From Lama guanicoe (taxonomy: Eukaryota): a stretch of DNA of 64,000 nt. The notes beneath the pieces were generated by a model. It saw nothing but the letters and a program-made list of their open reading frames with translations, ran no database searches and had not been told where the DNA came from. This document shows positions 47,592 through 60,600 of this stretch, in pieces. Position 1 is the stretch's first letter. Each line of letters begins with the position of its first letter. Made by a program: the position numbers and the translations under genes. The stretch spans positions 833,567-897,566 of the forward strand of contig MU053629.1 in the NCBI GenBank assembly GCA_013239625.1, written 5' to 3'.

Positions 47592-47800
47592 ATATCCCTT
47601 TTGGAGATTCTCAAGGTATATTCCCATTTTAAAGATTCTGAGACAAGCTATATTTAAAAAAAAAAAAAGGAAGAAAGAGTGAGATTTTTGTTTAAAATAT
47701 CCCTTTTGGAGATTCTCAAGGTATATTCCCATTTTAAAGATTCTGAGACAAGCTATATTTAAAAAAAAAAAAGGAAGAAAGAGAGAGATTTGTGTTTAAA
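47592..47800 (+). repeat. Head-to-tail tandem duplication, 2 x ~105 bp
   Basis: 47592-47696 and 47697-47800 both read ATATCCC(C)TTTTGGAGATTCTCAAGGTATATTCCCATTTTAAAGATTCTGAGACAAGCTATATTT(A)nGGAAGAAAGAG..GTTTAAA. Confidence 0.95.
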
Positions 47801-50800
47801 CACATATAATCCAGCATTTTCCAAAATGATTGACCACAGGAGTCCCTGTTTGATGTAACTCCTCTTAGCATCTTGCAGAGCTCACGTCTGAGGCATGCGC
47901 CTTGGAAGCTGACTTTGTCGGTGTTGGTATCAGAGTGACACTGGTTTTGCTGGAAAGCCTCTTCCTTCTCGGAAGTTCTAATCAAAGGCTTATAATCAGT
48001 TAAGCTCTGTTGCTGCTCCCCTACACAGTAAGATACTTAATGTTTTCTGTAGTCAGCTTCCAGTGAAAGCTGATGCCTTTGTTTTAGGATTCTGAGATTT
48101 TTGTCTTAGTCCACAGAGTCCCTTTGGGATCTCAGGGATACAGAAGAACTCTGAACCGTCAGACGGATCCAGTTCAGGGTTGTCTTTGTTTAGCCTTCCC
48201 GCCTTGCTTGACTGGCTCTTCTTTAATCTTCTCGTCAGTTCACGGGGCTACATGGTGTTGGCCCTCTACCAACAATGTCTTCATTCCAGAACAGCCTGAC
48301 TCTTCAACTCCAGTGACTTTATGTGGACCAGGTGACTCTTCCTCCATCCCTTGCCCTGCATCCTAAAATCATCTGCTCCCATCCCCCCTTTCTCTCTCTT
48401 TTCCTCACAACTCCAAAATCCCACTTTTTCTATTAATCCCCAGTAGTTACTCAAGACTCAGAAACACAAGCACTGACATTCTCTTAGTTGTCCAAAAGTT
48501 CCTGGAAGCAAAAGCCTTCTAGCACTGTGGGGTTAGGTAGATTTACGGGACGGCCTCTGACATTTAGGAGGTCCAATTTCCGTGCCAGGGGTGAATAGTA
48601 CCAAATCATTGCAGGGACTCTTTTGCCCCGTGCCTGGCAGAGGAAGAACTCAGTAGCCACTGACTCAAATCACGCTGAATATAGAGTGGTCAGTGCCATA
48701 TAGAGTTATGTTATGGTGCTTGGTTAATCTTCTGAAGAATTCACAAAGGACTGGTATTTGAACAGGGTTTTAAGGGATGAATAGGAGTTTGTGTGGCAGA
48801 GAAAGGGGGATATGCCATAATTTGAAGTATAATCAGACTTTCCAAGGCTCTCTTTTATACCAGCCTCACTCGATCTCTACAACACCTCGCAAGGCAAACG
48901 TCCCCATGGCTAAACCCATTTTCCTATTGAGGAAGTTAAGGATGGCTTGCCACAGGAGCTTACCCAACTCAAAAGATTTCAGGAAAATGTGAATAGCTAT
49001 CTTAGCACTCTGATGACAAACAGTCATTCTCACAAGGTGCTGAGGTCCCAGGAAAACAGGGCAGGTGTGGTCCCTGCCCGCATGCAGCTCATTGGCTGAA
49101 TTCATAGAACTTTAGGGCTGCAAACTCTCCCCTGTGAGGAGGTCTTTAGCTCAGTAATTGGTGAGAGAACAAAAGAAATGGCTTTTTCTGCAGATGGAAG
49201 CTGGGTCCGCGTTTAGCATTGGAATAAATGATGCAGCAGCCAGAGTGTGAGGACCGCAGACACCCTCAAGGTGCTGGGGGGATGGGCTCACGTCTGAACC
49301 ACCTGGGGAGCCATAAAAATGACTGGTGCCAGGCCTGCCCCAGACTGCAGAAGTCAGAATCTGGGTTTTGGTGGGGAGGCGTTGTCGTGGGTATGTTTAA
49401 GTGTCCCGCTTGGTTCTAGTGTGCAGCCAAAGCTGTAAACCAGATGGAATTCTGACAGAAAGACTGGGCGGCACAAGAAGACAGTTGTGAAGTTCTAATT
49501 CTGCTTCTTCACTTCTTCTTCCCCTGCCTCCCCTCCTCTATCCCTGCAACTCCCTTCTCCTGGACTCATTCTGAGCACCCTCATCTGCTCCATCCCAGTC
49601 ACCTGACATGGGGACTGTGATGTGTTCCCGGTTTATCAGCACCAAGGGCTTCACTCTCAGATCCTAAAGATGCCATTAGAAGGGGCCTTCCAAGGGGTGA
49701 CTCAGTGGTCATCATGGTGGCAATAAGACATAGAGAGAGCTGAGGTGCAATGGATCTCAGGGATTCTGTGTGGTCGTACCACGGAGGCAGCCGTCTGCTG
49801 GGCTGAATTGCAGGACTGGGCCTGATGTACAGTGGTAGGCCAGCTCTCGCTGGTGAGACCACCTTTCCTCTCCCCATCACTGCTTCAGGGGTGTCAGGTA
49901 AGTTAGGGGAGACTCCCACCCTGCTTCTTGCCCATGGCCAGAGTGGCCCCCGGTGCACAGCCCAGGGGAGGCCGGGACCTGGAGCAGAGCAGATGCCAAC
50001 CCAGCCGGGCAGCTCCTTCACCCTCCACACGCTCCCCACCTCCACCTCCACTCGGGCATCTTCTCAGTGACCCAGAGAAGGAAGAGCAGTGCTTGCAGTC
50101 TCTGCCCAGACACAGAGTGTTATGGGCCTTTGTGGAGATCAGCCTGCCCTGCTCCAAGTCCTGGATGCTTTCCTAGGGAGCGGGCAACTCCCTCCAGCCA
50201 GCAGCCACTGAAACAAGTTCTGGGATAAGCTGGATTAACTAGGGGACATGAAAGGAGGAGGTGGCACTGACCAAAGCTCCTGAACAGTGCAGTTCAGCTA
50301 AACTGATGCCATCTGATGAAGCCACTGAGAGTGAGATGTTACGGAAACAAGCCAGCTCCAGGCTGTCATCCTACTGGTTGATTATCACTACTGTTATCTG
50401 ATTTACATATTCCCACAAACGCTCTATTGCGCTAGCTCCCTGTGGCTAAATCCATGGTGTAAGGGGAAGAGGGACCCACTGATAAAACTCTGCCTGTGGA
50501 TACAGGGAGTTAGATTGTAAACTCCCCAGCCATCAGCCAGATAGAGGTGGAGTCTGCCTGTCGGTCCTCCTTGGCCTCATTTCTTCAACTGCAGAACCAG
50601 AAGAGCACTGACTCCAGAGGTGCTCCCCTGGGATTTTGTAAAAGTGAACAAGTTCTTGATGGCGGAGAACTGGCGGCCTCCGGGTAAAGAGGCCAATGAT
50701 AAATCACACATGCCACCACGTCTGTTTCCAGTTTCTCCTTTCAGTGGATGTTTTGCTCATCGTCTACAGCATGTGGCAGCAGGCCCATGCTCTAGTAATG

Positions 50801-50811
50801 CTGGCCTTCCA

Positions 50812-51058
50812 TGCGTCATAGGTTAAGAGCATAAACTCAGGATCCAGACTGCTTAGATGTTAACCCTGGCTCTCTGCGTCCCAGCTGGGTGGCCTTGGGG
50901 AATCTGCCTCACTTCTCTGTGCCTCAGTTTCCTCAGCTGTCAAGTGAAGGTAATAATGATCCCCACCTCACAGGGTTGTTCAAGGGAATAAATGAGTCAA
51001 TGCAGCTTCGAATCCTGCCAAGCACATAGTAAGCGCGCGATAAATTTTCACTATGATG
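50812..51058 (+). mobile_element. MIR SINE, near full length
   Basis: GGTTAAGAGCAT...CTTCTCTGTGCCTCAGTTTCCTCAGCTGTCAAGTGAAGGTAATAATG..CCTCACAGGGTTGTT...GCACATAGTAAGCGC. Confidence 0.88.
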
Positions 51059-51759
51059 CTGTGACTAACGTACAGCACTTTCACATAATGAGCTCGCAGA
51101 AGCTTATTTATCTGTTTGACACTTAAACTCTTGACATAGTATTTTTCTAACTTGTCTGAAAAAAAAAAAAACTCAAGGTACTTGTTAAAAATAGAAATTC
51201 CAGGCCTCTGCCCTGAAGATTCTGATCCAATAGGTCCAGAATGCGTCCAAGAAGCTGCATATCCAGCAAATGGCCCTGGTGACCCTAATGAAGTGTGCAG
51301 GGAGCCAGCTGCTCTAATGGGGCTGAGAGGCGCTAACCGGGCCTCTTCGGTGCCTGCCCGTCCTCACTCTGCCAGGTAATCTGAAATACCAGGGAGCGGA
51401 AGGCTGCTGGACTCTGGAGCTTTGGTCCCCGGTCCCGTTTCAGCAAGGAAGCCTTCCTAGAGAAGGTGGAGGGATTCCCAGGCCTGGAACAAAGGGAGGA
51501 CCTGGGCTTACAGATGAGCAGATGGTGAGTTGTTGCAGGACTGCAGACAGCCAGGGAGGAAGTGGCCAGGGAAGGGTGAGCCAGGGGCACCCAGAGGTCA
51601 CACGGGGCCTGAGCCTGGCCCTCCTTTGAGAACTGCGTGTGTTCAGAGTCCTGAGCTGCATGGCATCTGGCCAGTCTCTCCAGGCACCTCCTTCCCTCTG
51701 CCCAGGATAAAATGCTCAGGTCCCCCTCAACTCCAGACCCATTTTTACAGAAATCCTGT

Positions 51760-52290
51760 TATTGAATGAGGTGTTCATTGATGCAGCCACATCTCCTGAG
51801 CGTTCGCCAGGCACTGGGAACGCAAAATTGTGTCTGAGTCTATGACAGAGAGCTGCTCTCCGGGGATGATACAGATCTCTCTCCAGGAGAAGCTCGGAAG
51901 CTTGGTGTCCAGGAGGAAGGACATGTGAAAAGATACTAGCCATGCAGAGCGACAAGTGTGTGCTAGTGGCTGGCCGTGTGGGAGCTCTGAGGAGAGGGGA
52001 ACTCTTCTGGGGAGGAGGAGTGCTGAAATCTTAGAAGGCTTCTCAAAGGCGTTGAGCCAGGTCTTGAAGGATAAGAAAGTGCAACCAGACTGTCAGAACA
52101 AGAAGGGGTATTCTTTAAAAAAAAAAAAAAAGTCAGAGGAAAGACATCAAGGTACAAAAGGGCGCAGGTATGGCTGGATGCAAGGGCTGGGCATGGGGCC
52201 AGGAAGGTGGGCGGGTCAGGCTCCCAAAGATCCACGTAAGGGGTCCGGGCTTCACCCTGTAGGTAATGGAAGCCACCGAAGGACTTGGTG
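51760..52290 (-). mobile_element. L2 LINE 3' portion
   Basis: CTGAGCGTTCGCCAGGCACTGGGAACGC...GTTGAGCCAGGTCTTGAAGGATAAG...TTCACCCTGTAGGTAATGGAAGCCACCGAAGG. Confidence 0.7.
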
Positions 52291-53177
52291 AACTGGTTCC
52301 ATTAACCAAAAGAAGAGCAAAAGTGGGCAGGGGTAGGGGTCAGTGGTCTCAGTTTGGTTTGAGTTTCAGTCCCCAGTAGGGCCGCCACATGGAGGTGTCC
52401 AGGAGGCTGTTGGACAGAACATTCTGGGGCTCTGACCAGAGGCCCAGGCTGGAAGTGAAGACTGGGGAGTCCTTATCATAAAGGTGTGAGTTGATTCTGG
52501 GGCAGAGAAGGGAACCTCCATCCCTCCCCAGGGAGAGCAGCAGAGACGAGAAAGCCCCCAGCAAGGGGCTTCACTTCCCTGGAAAGTCCAGCCTCTCATC
52601 CATCCAGGAAGAGGAAGCAGCACTTACTGTAACCGAACCTCCTGTGAGGTGTTACTCTTGGTCAGATTCTGGCCCGGTCTCCGGCTGAGGCCAGATTAGG
52701 CCCTGGTGTTACCTGCTAGCCAAGCCTCCTCTAATGAAGGGAGTGTGGCCTTGTGGTCATTTTGTAACTTCCCAAGGTGTCTTTGAAGCTTTGGAACAAG
52801 CAGGGGACTATTCGTGCCATCAGATCTCTACGAAGGAAAGGATCTAGTTAGAGCCATCGTCCCTAGGCTGGGCTGGACGGGTGGCGGTGGGCGCTCTGGA
52901 ATGGGCCCTTGCTCCAGCCCCCCGCAAGGTTCCCCCTCCCACCTGTCGTGATGCTATCCATTCCCACCATCTGAGTCACATTTGCAGCCCTGTAGAAGTG
53001 GGTATGGCTGGGTCACCTTGGGTGGGGAAGTCACAGGTGTTGATTGGCGCTCCTTCCTCACCTCTCCAGCTTTGCACCTGTCGCCTCTGTTTAGCCAGCT
53101 GCCACATTTGCCTGATGACCAGGCCTCTTAGCTGTGTCTGGCATTTCCAGCTGCCGGCAGGACATTTACAGCTGAGA

Positions 53178-53412
53178 GCAGTGTATCTTTGTTGTTAAGG
53201 ACAAGGACTCTGGAGTCTGAGTTTGGAACCCAGTTCCACCTCCTACGTGACCTCAACTTTCCTTTGCCTCAATTCCTTTATCTGTAAAATGGGGATAGAA
53301 AAGTACCTACCTCACTGGGCCTTGGTGAAAAGAAGATGAGCTCATGTGCATAAACCTCTCCAACCATGCGTGGCACACAGTGAGCACACACTAAAAGTTA
53401 GCTGTAATTATT
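53178..53412 (+). mobile_element. MIR SINE
   Basis: GGACTCTGGAGTCTG...GCCTCAATTCCTTTATCTGTAAAATGGGGATAG..TACCTACCTCA...TGGCACACAGTGAGCAC. Confidence 0.85.
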
Positions 53413-53694
53413 GTCTCCTCTCAGAAGTCCTGCTCTCACTACAAACTCAAATGTCCAAATGGACACCTGACTCCTGAGTTCTGGCCTAGTTCCTCCATCC
53501 CAAAGCTCTGGAGGCTCTAATTTAACAGACAAGGACATGAAGCACAGAATGATGAAGTGACTTGGTCAAGGTCACAGAGCAAGCCAAAGGGAAAGCTGGG
53601 GCTCAGGACCCCTGGCCACTTCCCACATGCCGGCTCCCGCCAGCCCGGCAACCCTGCAGGAAGGTTCAGGTCCCCACAGAGCGCCCTTGAAGAA

Positions 53695-53882
53695 CACTTT
53701 AGACTCAGTACCAAAATCACCTGGGCCACTTATTGAAAATGCAGATTCCTGGGGTCCCCTGTGGGATTCTGATTCAGTTAGTCTAGGGTGGGGCCCCAAG
53801 TGAGCATTTTAAAAAGCGTATCTGCACCCTTTCCCCCAAACAAGTGATTCTGATTCAGGTCATCTGTGCTTTGAAAACTGCC
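53695..53882. mobile_element. MER5B-like hAT MITE
   Basis: AATCACCTGGG..TTATTGAAAATGCAGATTCCTGGGGTCCC..GGATTCTGATTCAGTTAGTCTAGGGTGGGGCCC..GTGATTCTGATTCAGGT. Confidence 0.8.
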
Positions 53883-54824
53883 TCTCCAAAGCCAGCCCCC
53901 CTCATGTGCCTCTGCTGTAGAGGAGCCCCCAAGCGGGACCCAGGAGGGCCCTCTGGCCAGCCCCGGGCTGCGCTCTGGGGAGACACCCACACCCCGCGCA
54001 GTAACTGGGCATGGCTGGGGACCCTCAGTGGTATTTCAGGAATGTGGTCGCATTCTTTCATGCTCTCATCCTGAAAAGGAACTGCCACTCTTTCAGACAA
54101 AGATGCACCTGTACCCCCGCAACATCAGCGGGACATTCAACACCAGGATTTTCATTCCACGGGGCAGTGTTTACTGCGACAGGCACGCTGGGGGCCGGGG
54201 GACTGTGGGTAAATCCGATCCACGGCACCTGCCTCCTCCGTGGGGGACCTCATCAAAGGCTCACTGCCTGTGATCCTGCCTCAGAAGCTTCCGTCCTCAC
54301 TTTCCTACAGCAATGAGTGCGTGGCTCTTCATACCAGAGGGAGGAGATCAAAGCAGAGCAAGCAGTTGGAAGAAAGAACAAAGACCTGAAGAGCAGTGTT
54401 TGGAGATAGTGACCAAAAGCACAGTTCTTTCTGTCTGTCTGTTAAGGGGCTCTGGCTGTGGGCAGCTGTCCACTAGGAGAAGAGAAAGCATTCCCACACT
54501 CAGTAAGTGGTCAACTCTGAGAAGTCATTTAAAAGAAAAAAAAACAGTTGACAGGATCCAGCTTGCGGAGGAGTTTATTTTGGAGGGGTTAAGAGCTCTG
54601 TTTACTTTCTCTTGCTCAGAACTTGTACCCAGGCCTGTGTTTACTTATTTCCATTTCTGAATGATGACTGGGACACAGAGGCAACAAGAGCTGCAGATCA
54701 GAATATAGCTGTGAGGATGAGGAAGTGCCATGATAATCGCCTGTCAGCAATCCCAGGCTGGCCACGGTCAGCCCGGTCAGCAGTGTGCGCCACAGTGGGA
54801 CGTGCACAACCTTCAGGTTCACCC

Positions 54825-55022
54825 AGAGTGGGTTTCTGTTCCGGGTCTGCCGGTCACTTGCTGTGGGGCCTTGGACGGGGTACTTAATTCTCTGAGTCTC
54901 CATTTTCCTGTCTGTAAAATGGGGATACGCATACTGAATTCATAGGGCTTTAGTGCTAATCAAAGAACACAGTGAAGGCCTAGCACGATGCCCATCACAA
55001 GACTTTCAATAAACAGTTGTTA
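54825..55022 (+). mobile_element. MIR SINE
   Basis: TACTTAATTCTCTGAGTCTCCATTTTCCTGTCTGTAAAATGGGGATA. Confidence 0.8.
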
Positions 55023-55079
55023 GACTTCTCTATTTTCTTCTTGGTGACACAGAGATGGGATGTGATTGTGCCATTGTTC

Positions 55080-55168
55080 AACTAAAGAAGAGAAAGGGAA
55101 TCAGTTTCAAGCTCAAAGAAAGGGAAATGAAATTAAGTATATTTAACCAATCCAGTAGAAGGCAATAA

Positions 55169-55223
<55 letters not shown>

Positions 55224-56095
55224 AAGAAAACAGAGAGAGAAGGAAAGACACAGCATGCAATTAGGAAACGAAGTCGTAGAAGTTAATAAAAAATATCAGT
55301 AATCACAATGACTATAAACAGATTAAACTCACTTGCTAAAGGACACATTTTCAGATTCAGTTTACTTTAATAGTAATATTTATCCAGCACCTACGATGTT
55401 GTAGGCACTATTCTCAGCGCTGGAATTTAGCTAAAAGCTTTCACAAAAGAAACATCTAAAACCAAAAACAGAAAAAGGCTGAAGTTAAAAGATTAGGAAA
55501 AAATATGTCTGTAACAATATTAATTTGAAACAAAATAGGCCTTAAAACAGAGACTTGGCAATAAATAAGGTATGGATAAAGGGAACAGTTCACACAAAAG
55601 AATATAACTATCTGAACCTGTATGCATCTTACAACATAGCCTCAAAAAACGTAAAGCAAAAACTGACAACATTATAAGGAAATATTGACAAGTGACATCA
55701 TAGTGGTAGATTTTAATCACATCTCTCAGAAAATGTTCAAACAAAAAAAATTAGGAAGGACATAGAAGATTTAAATCACAGTCAATTATGGGCCCTTGCA
55801 TCTCATAAATACAGAATAAATAGCTTTTCAAGTACAAACTTACAGGAATGAGTTACCCTAGGCCACAAAGGGAATGTCAAATGGCACTAAAGAATTGGTA
55901 ACATACAGGTCACATTCTCTGTGCAGTGCAATAAAACTATAAATCAGTAACCAAAACATTTGCGCATGAAACCCACATGTTATGAAAACTTCTGAATAGA
56001 TTTCTAAATAATTAATGGATCAAAGAAAGAATAATTGTGGCAATTTTAAAATATTTTATAACTGAATAACAACAAAATGTTACATAGCAAAGAGC
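55080..56095 (+). mobile_element. Ancient L1M: inter-ORF region and decayed ORF2 endonuclease domain
   Basis: 55615-55730 translates (with stops and frameshifts) to YASYNIASKNVKQKLT...IIVVDFN, matching L1 EN motifs YAPN..ASKY.KQKL and IIVGDFN; later CAGGTCACATTCTCTG..GCAATAAAACTATAAATCA. Confidence 0.8.
55172..55221 (+). repeat. Poly(A) run, 50 nt uninterrupted
   Basis: Directly visible. Confidence 0.97.
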
Positions 56096-57191
56096 AACGT
56101 GAGCATGGTTACCACCCCACAGGCATCTCTGTAGCACGAGGCTGTGCCAAGAGAGTGGGGCTCAGACAGCAGATGGAAGCCCTAAAAACTAGAGCAGGTG
56201 GCGTTACTGTAGTGCTGGACTAGATTACTTCTCAAGTACCTTTTATTCCTCCCTGCTTTCTCTTACACTGCTGTCTCTGTCTGGAATGCCTTCCTCCCCT
56301 GTAGACCTCCCAACCTCCCTCCTGACGCGGACGTTCATCTGGTGAACTACATTTCCTACGTTAAGAGCAAGTTCAATTGTCATTGACTCAGCTTACCCCT
56401 GGCTCCCAAAGCATCTCTCTTCTAGAGCACTCTTAGATCACAAGTAATTGCCTGGGTACATGTTTCTCCTCTACAATAGCTATAAACTCCAGAGAGTGAA
56501 GGCTCCATCCTATTCTTCTTCACCCACGAGAGCCACACTCAGGAGGCACTCAGCACATCTTTGCTGAGAGAACTTTGGGATTTTTCATCTCCATCGTCTG
56601 TCTTTAATTAGCTGGAGCATTGCAGACGGTGGCCTGCCTGCCAAGGCTGGAGGGAAGACCCCCACGCTGCTTGCCAGGGGTGTGCCACAAAAGCTCCCAC
56701 GATTGCTGTGCCAGAGAGAGCCAGAGGGCCCCATTCCTACCAGGTGGCGGCCCCCTCTGAAGCCACAGCTAAAATGCAACACCACCCTGGAGACCACTTT
56801 AGATTGGAGCCCGGGACTTTTTTAGCAGATTTCATTTTACAGTCTGCCCACTGGAAGCCGGCAAATTTGGACTTTTGGCCCAAATCCTGCCTACACATTG
56901 GTGTTCACCTGCTTTTACAGAAAGAAGTAAGAGTTCACCCTAGGCAAGGAAAAACCTCATGAAAAACTGTCATTTATCTTCCTGTGGAGCCATTTGCCTG
57001 ATGGAAACTGAATCCGAAAATGCAAATTCTTTCCTGGGGAGTGAACGTGGCAACTGATGTTGCAACATGGCTCAGAACAATTTGAGAGCAATTCTTTTAT
57101 TGTTACTATCATCATCATTATCATTATTTCAACCTAGCAATTAGGTTAATATGATTAAGTCAGCATTCTCAGGAAAGTGTTCCGTCATGAA

Positions 57192-57194
<3 letters not shown>

Positions 57195-57232
<38 letters not shown>
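57195..57232 (+). repeat. (GT)19 microsatellite
   Basis: Directly visible, perfect. Confidence 0.97.
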
Positions 57233-57234
<2 letters not shown>

Positions 57235-57704
57235 CGTTACAGCTGTCGTCATCATTTCTCTTCTGTTTTAGGGGTTGGTTAAATATTCAACCGCAAGTAT
57301 GTGCTCCAGGCTGAAACCTGATCAGTGACAGGAAGCCAGGGAGAAAGGGGGGCTCCTAACCGTACTTCTTCCTATTAATATAAAAGTAATCAACACGACT
57401 GCTTGATAAAATACACATCAGCTGGTCCGAGAGGCCACAATGGATCACGTGCGTGCACATCCGCATCTCAGGACCTCCCATGGGTCCTGGCTCTGTCCGT
57501 GGCTGTGTTGGTAGCAGCCCAAAGAAGGCTAAGGTGAACTTGATTTAAGCAAGAGGAAGCGGCACTTGTGACTTGTGCCTCCCAGGAGCCACTGCTTGAT
57601 TTATTACCACATCCCAATTATCTGACACTTTAACAGACCTGTAAAGGAGGGGGTGGGGCGAATAGCGTTAGATCTCTTCCATGGAGTCAGGGCAGCATCA
57701 CTGA

Positions 57705-57915
57705 AGGTATTGGAGCGTTGGAATCAGCCAGACCTGAGTGTGAGTCCTAGCTGTGTGACCCTGCACAGGAGACTTAACCTCTCTGGGTCTGTTTCCTCAT
57801 CCACAAAATAGGGACTAATCACGTTCTCCCTTAGGGTGGTTATGAGTGTTAAAAGGGACACAATTCACATCACATAGACCTGATGCACATGCATTGTAGG
57901 CACTCAGGAAAGAGT
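57705..57915 (+). mobile_element. MIR SINE
   Basis: GGAATCAGCCAGACCTGAGTGTGAGTCCTAGCTGTGTGACCCTG..ACTTAACCTCTCTGGGTCTGTTTCCTCATC. Confidence 0.8.
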
Positions 57916-58315
57916 AGCTACTTTGTTGTGGTGGTTATTCTGTTCTCCTGTCATCTCATTGTTGCTTTCTAGCTCCCATGTGCTTAGCTCAGTCTCTACC
58001 TTAGGGCTCCCATGGTACTTGCTGCCCGGGGCCTTTCAGAACCTCGATGGCCAAAGGGACTGTCCTGAAGACATCCAGGAGGAGGCACCCCACCCCTGGG
58101 GAATCTCCGTTCTCTCCCCCTGGCCCTGGGAAGTAATTTGAGATGTCAGGCTGAGCTTTGCTCTTAGAGGACAATGTGTTTCCAAGGACTGCCAGGGCGA
58201 TGGCGTGCAGGCTGTGATGGGCCGCTCGGGGACTGGGTTTGGGTCTCCCTTCTCTGGGGACCCCCACTGGTCTGTAGTGTTCCTCGGGAGGCACTCACGT
58301 GACGTGCCCCTCCAT

Positions 58316-58374
58316 GCACACACACACATACTCACACACTCACACACTCACGCACACACATATACTCACACACA
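58316..58374 (+). repeat. Interrupted (CA)n
   Basis: Directly visible. Confidence 0.85.
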
Positions 58375-58499
58375 GCGCTATACCTCACCTTCTCTTTGGA
58401 GACTTTGGTTGGGACTGAATGACTTGGGGCCGTCCCTGTTCAGAGTGTGAACATAAAAGATACATAAATAATCATGGCAGTGGTTTAATCCCCTATCCT

Positions 58500-58950
58500 T
58501 AAACTTACTTTTTTAAAAACTTGGAAATAATAGAAAGGTAGAAAATAGAGGGAAAAAGATCTATAGTCCCACTCTCCAAAACCCTTTGCTAACATTTAGC
58601 AATACCTCTTGCAAATCTTTCTTGTACGTGGTAATAATTATCCTATGTATTTAACATCTATTTGTGTATGTCCTGTTTCTTTCACTTAATTTTATAGAGT
58701 TAAGCATAACTTTAATTGTTGCATAATATTCTGTGAAGAAGAATACACCACGGTTTCTTTATTCCAGTCATCAGAATCTTAGATCACTGCCTACACGTTT
58801 GCTATTATAAATGAAATGATGAAGTCGAGGGTTGGTTTTTTTTTTCTGCTTTGGGAGTTTTTAATCTCAGGAATTATTTTCTAGAAATATAAAAGTTATA
58901 AGGCTCCTATGACATATTACCAAACTGATTTCCAAAAGAGTTACATCAGT
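58500..58950 (-). mobile_element. Ancient L1ME-like 3' end
   Basis: AAAAACTTGGAAATAATAGAAAGGTAG...TTTAATTGTTGCATAATATTC...GACATATTACCAAACTGATTTCCAAAAGAGTT. Confidence 0.7.
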
Positions 58951-60267
58951 GGATAAGCCCCCAAACTTTTGCTCCTGATCTTTGCTGATTTTAGCCCCCC
59001 TGCCAGGAAAATCCCGACACCCCTGGAGGATGCCTCAGTCAGGCAGCAGAACATAGTTCCACCATTACGTTCATCACTCACCAAAAGATGACTCCCACAC
59101 TGCTGGGTACAGGAGATGACATTAGGGCACAAAGAAACAAACTTTTTTGATGTGTTAGAAAAACCGTGAAACACATAAAACCCCTGTTTCTCTTAAATAT
59201 TATTCTTTAGGACCTGGCAAAATTGTGTGTTTAAGGTTTTTTTTTTTTCAAGTGTGTTGAGTCAAAGAAAAACTACTGTGTAATAGAAGTTCAGTCCATC
59301 TACTAAAATGATAAAAGCTGTAAAAGTGGAGTATGTCTGCCCTGGTCAAATACGTGTAGCTCAGCCATGCCCTTCTCGGAGCCCAGCCGTCCCCTTAGAA
59401 GAAGCAGAGACAGGAGCAGGAAAAGTGAGTGCAGAAAACAGCTTCCCACACACATAGGACCACATGCTAATAAAAGTGTGGAGACCCTTGGAAGGTTGGG
59501 GGTGAAGGGCAGCATTTGTGTTGCTATAAGACGTTGCTACCTTGGCAGGAATGAGGGATCTAAGAAAGCAAAGGGCCCAGAGCAGACCTTAGGATCTGAG
59601 ACTCCACCATGGGGGGTTGGGGGGTGGGAAGAAGGGAAAAGAGGCGAATAGGCAATTCAGAGGGAAATTTTGTATACTGATTTGCCAGTTTCACAAGGTT
59701 GCCTTGAAAACAAGTATCATCAAAGTCGAGCGAGAGCCGAGTCCTGTTTCACTGCTGCTAAAGCATCCGGGTGTGCGGCCAGGGCGTGAGCTTCAGATCA
59801 GCCGGACCTGTGTCCAGATCCTGATTCCCACTTCGCAGCTGTATGCAGGCTCAGTTTTACAACTTTCAGTCAGGATGGTAATACTACTAATTCCACTGCA
59901 CCACCGGGAGGAAGAGACAGGACGGAGGTGCCTAGCTCAGGGCCTTGTGCAGAGACAGGCTCCAGTGAAGGCCAGTAGTAAGAGCTGGGGACGGAGAGGT
60001 GGCGGGGACAGTAGTTGTGCCAAAAGAGACAGTGGGGGAGGGAGGAAAAGGGGGGCACAATATAGTGTTGAATAGTGGGCGTGCTGCTGGTGGTAATTAC
60101 CTCCCAGAGAATTCTTGATTGTCCCTCACAGAGCTCAGAGGACGTCCTGCCTCACCCAGTCTTTCAAAGGAGTCCCAGCAAAGGAGAGATGTGGACTAGG
60201 GAATCCCACACATCCAACTTCCGAAGGGCTGACACCGGTAAGAACGATTGACGACCTATAATCCAAC

Positions 60268-60600
60268 TGTAGTGGGTTGAATGGTGTGCCCTCAAAACTC
60301 ATGTCCACCGTGAGCCTCAGAATGTCACCTTACTTGGAAGTAAGTTCTTTGCAGTGTAATTGATTTGAAGATTAAGATGAGATCATACTGGATTACGATG
60401 GGCCCCAAATCCAATGACTGGTGTCTTTGTAGGAAGAAAAGACACACAGACACACAGAGGGAAGAGGACCATGTGAAGACAAAAGTAGAGATGGGCGTGA
60501 TGCTCCCACAAGCCAAGGGACTCCAGGAGGCTCCAGAGGCTGGGAGGGCAAGGAAGGATCCCCGTGGAAACTTCCCAGGGAGCGCGGCCCTGCTGACAAC
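60268..60600 (+). mobile_element. ERVL-MaLR LTR (MLT1C-like), 3'-truncated
   Basis: TGTAGTGGGTTGAATGGTGTGCCCTCAAAA...AGAATGTCACCTTACTTGGAAGTAAG..GATGAGATCATACTGGATT..CAAATCCAATGACTGGTGTC...CACAAGCCAAGG. Confidence 0.88.

Noticed and set aside
56734..56752. CTCF-like motif CCTACCAGGTGGCGG
   Set aside because: Mismatch at a highly conserved C of the core (CTACCAG vs CCACCAG); not callable without ChIP data.
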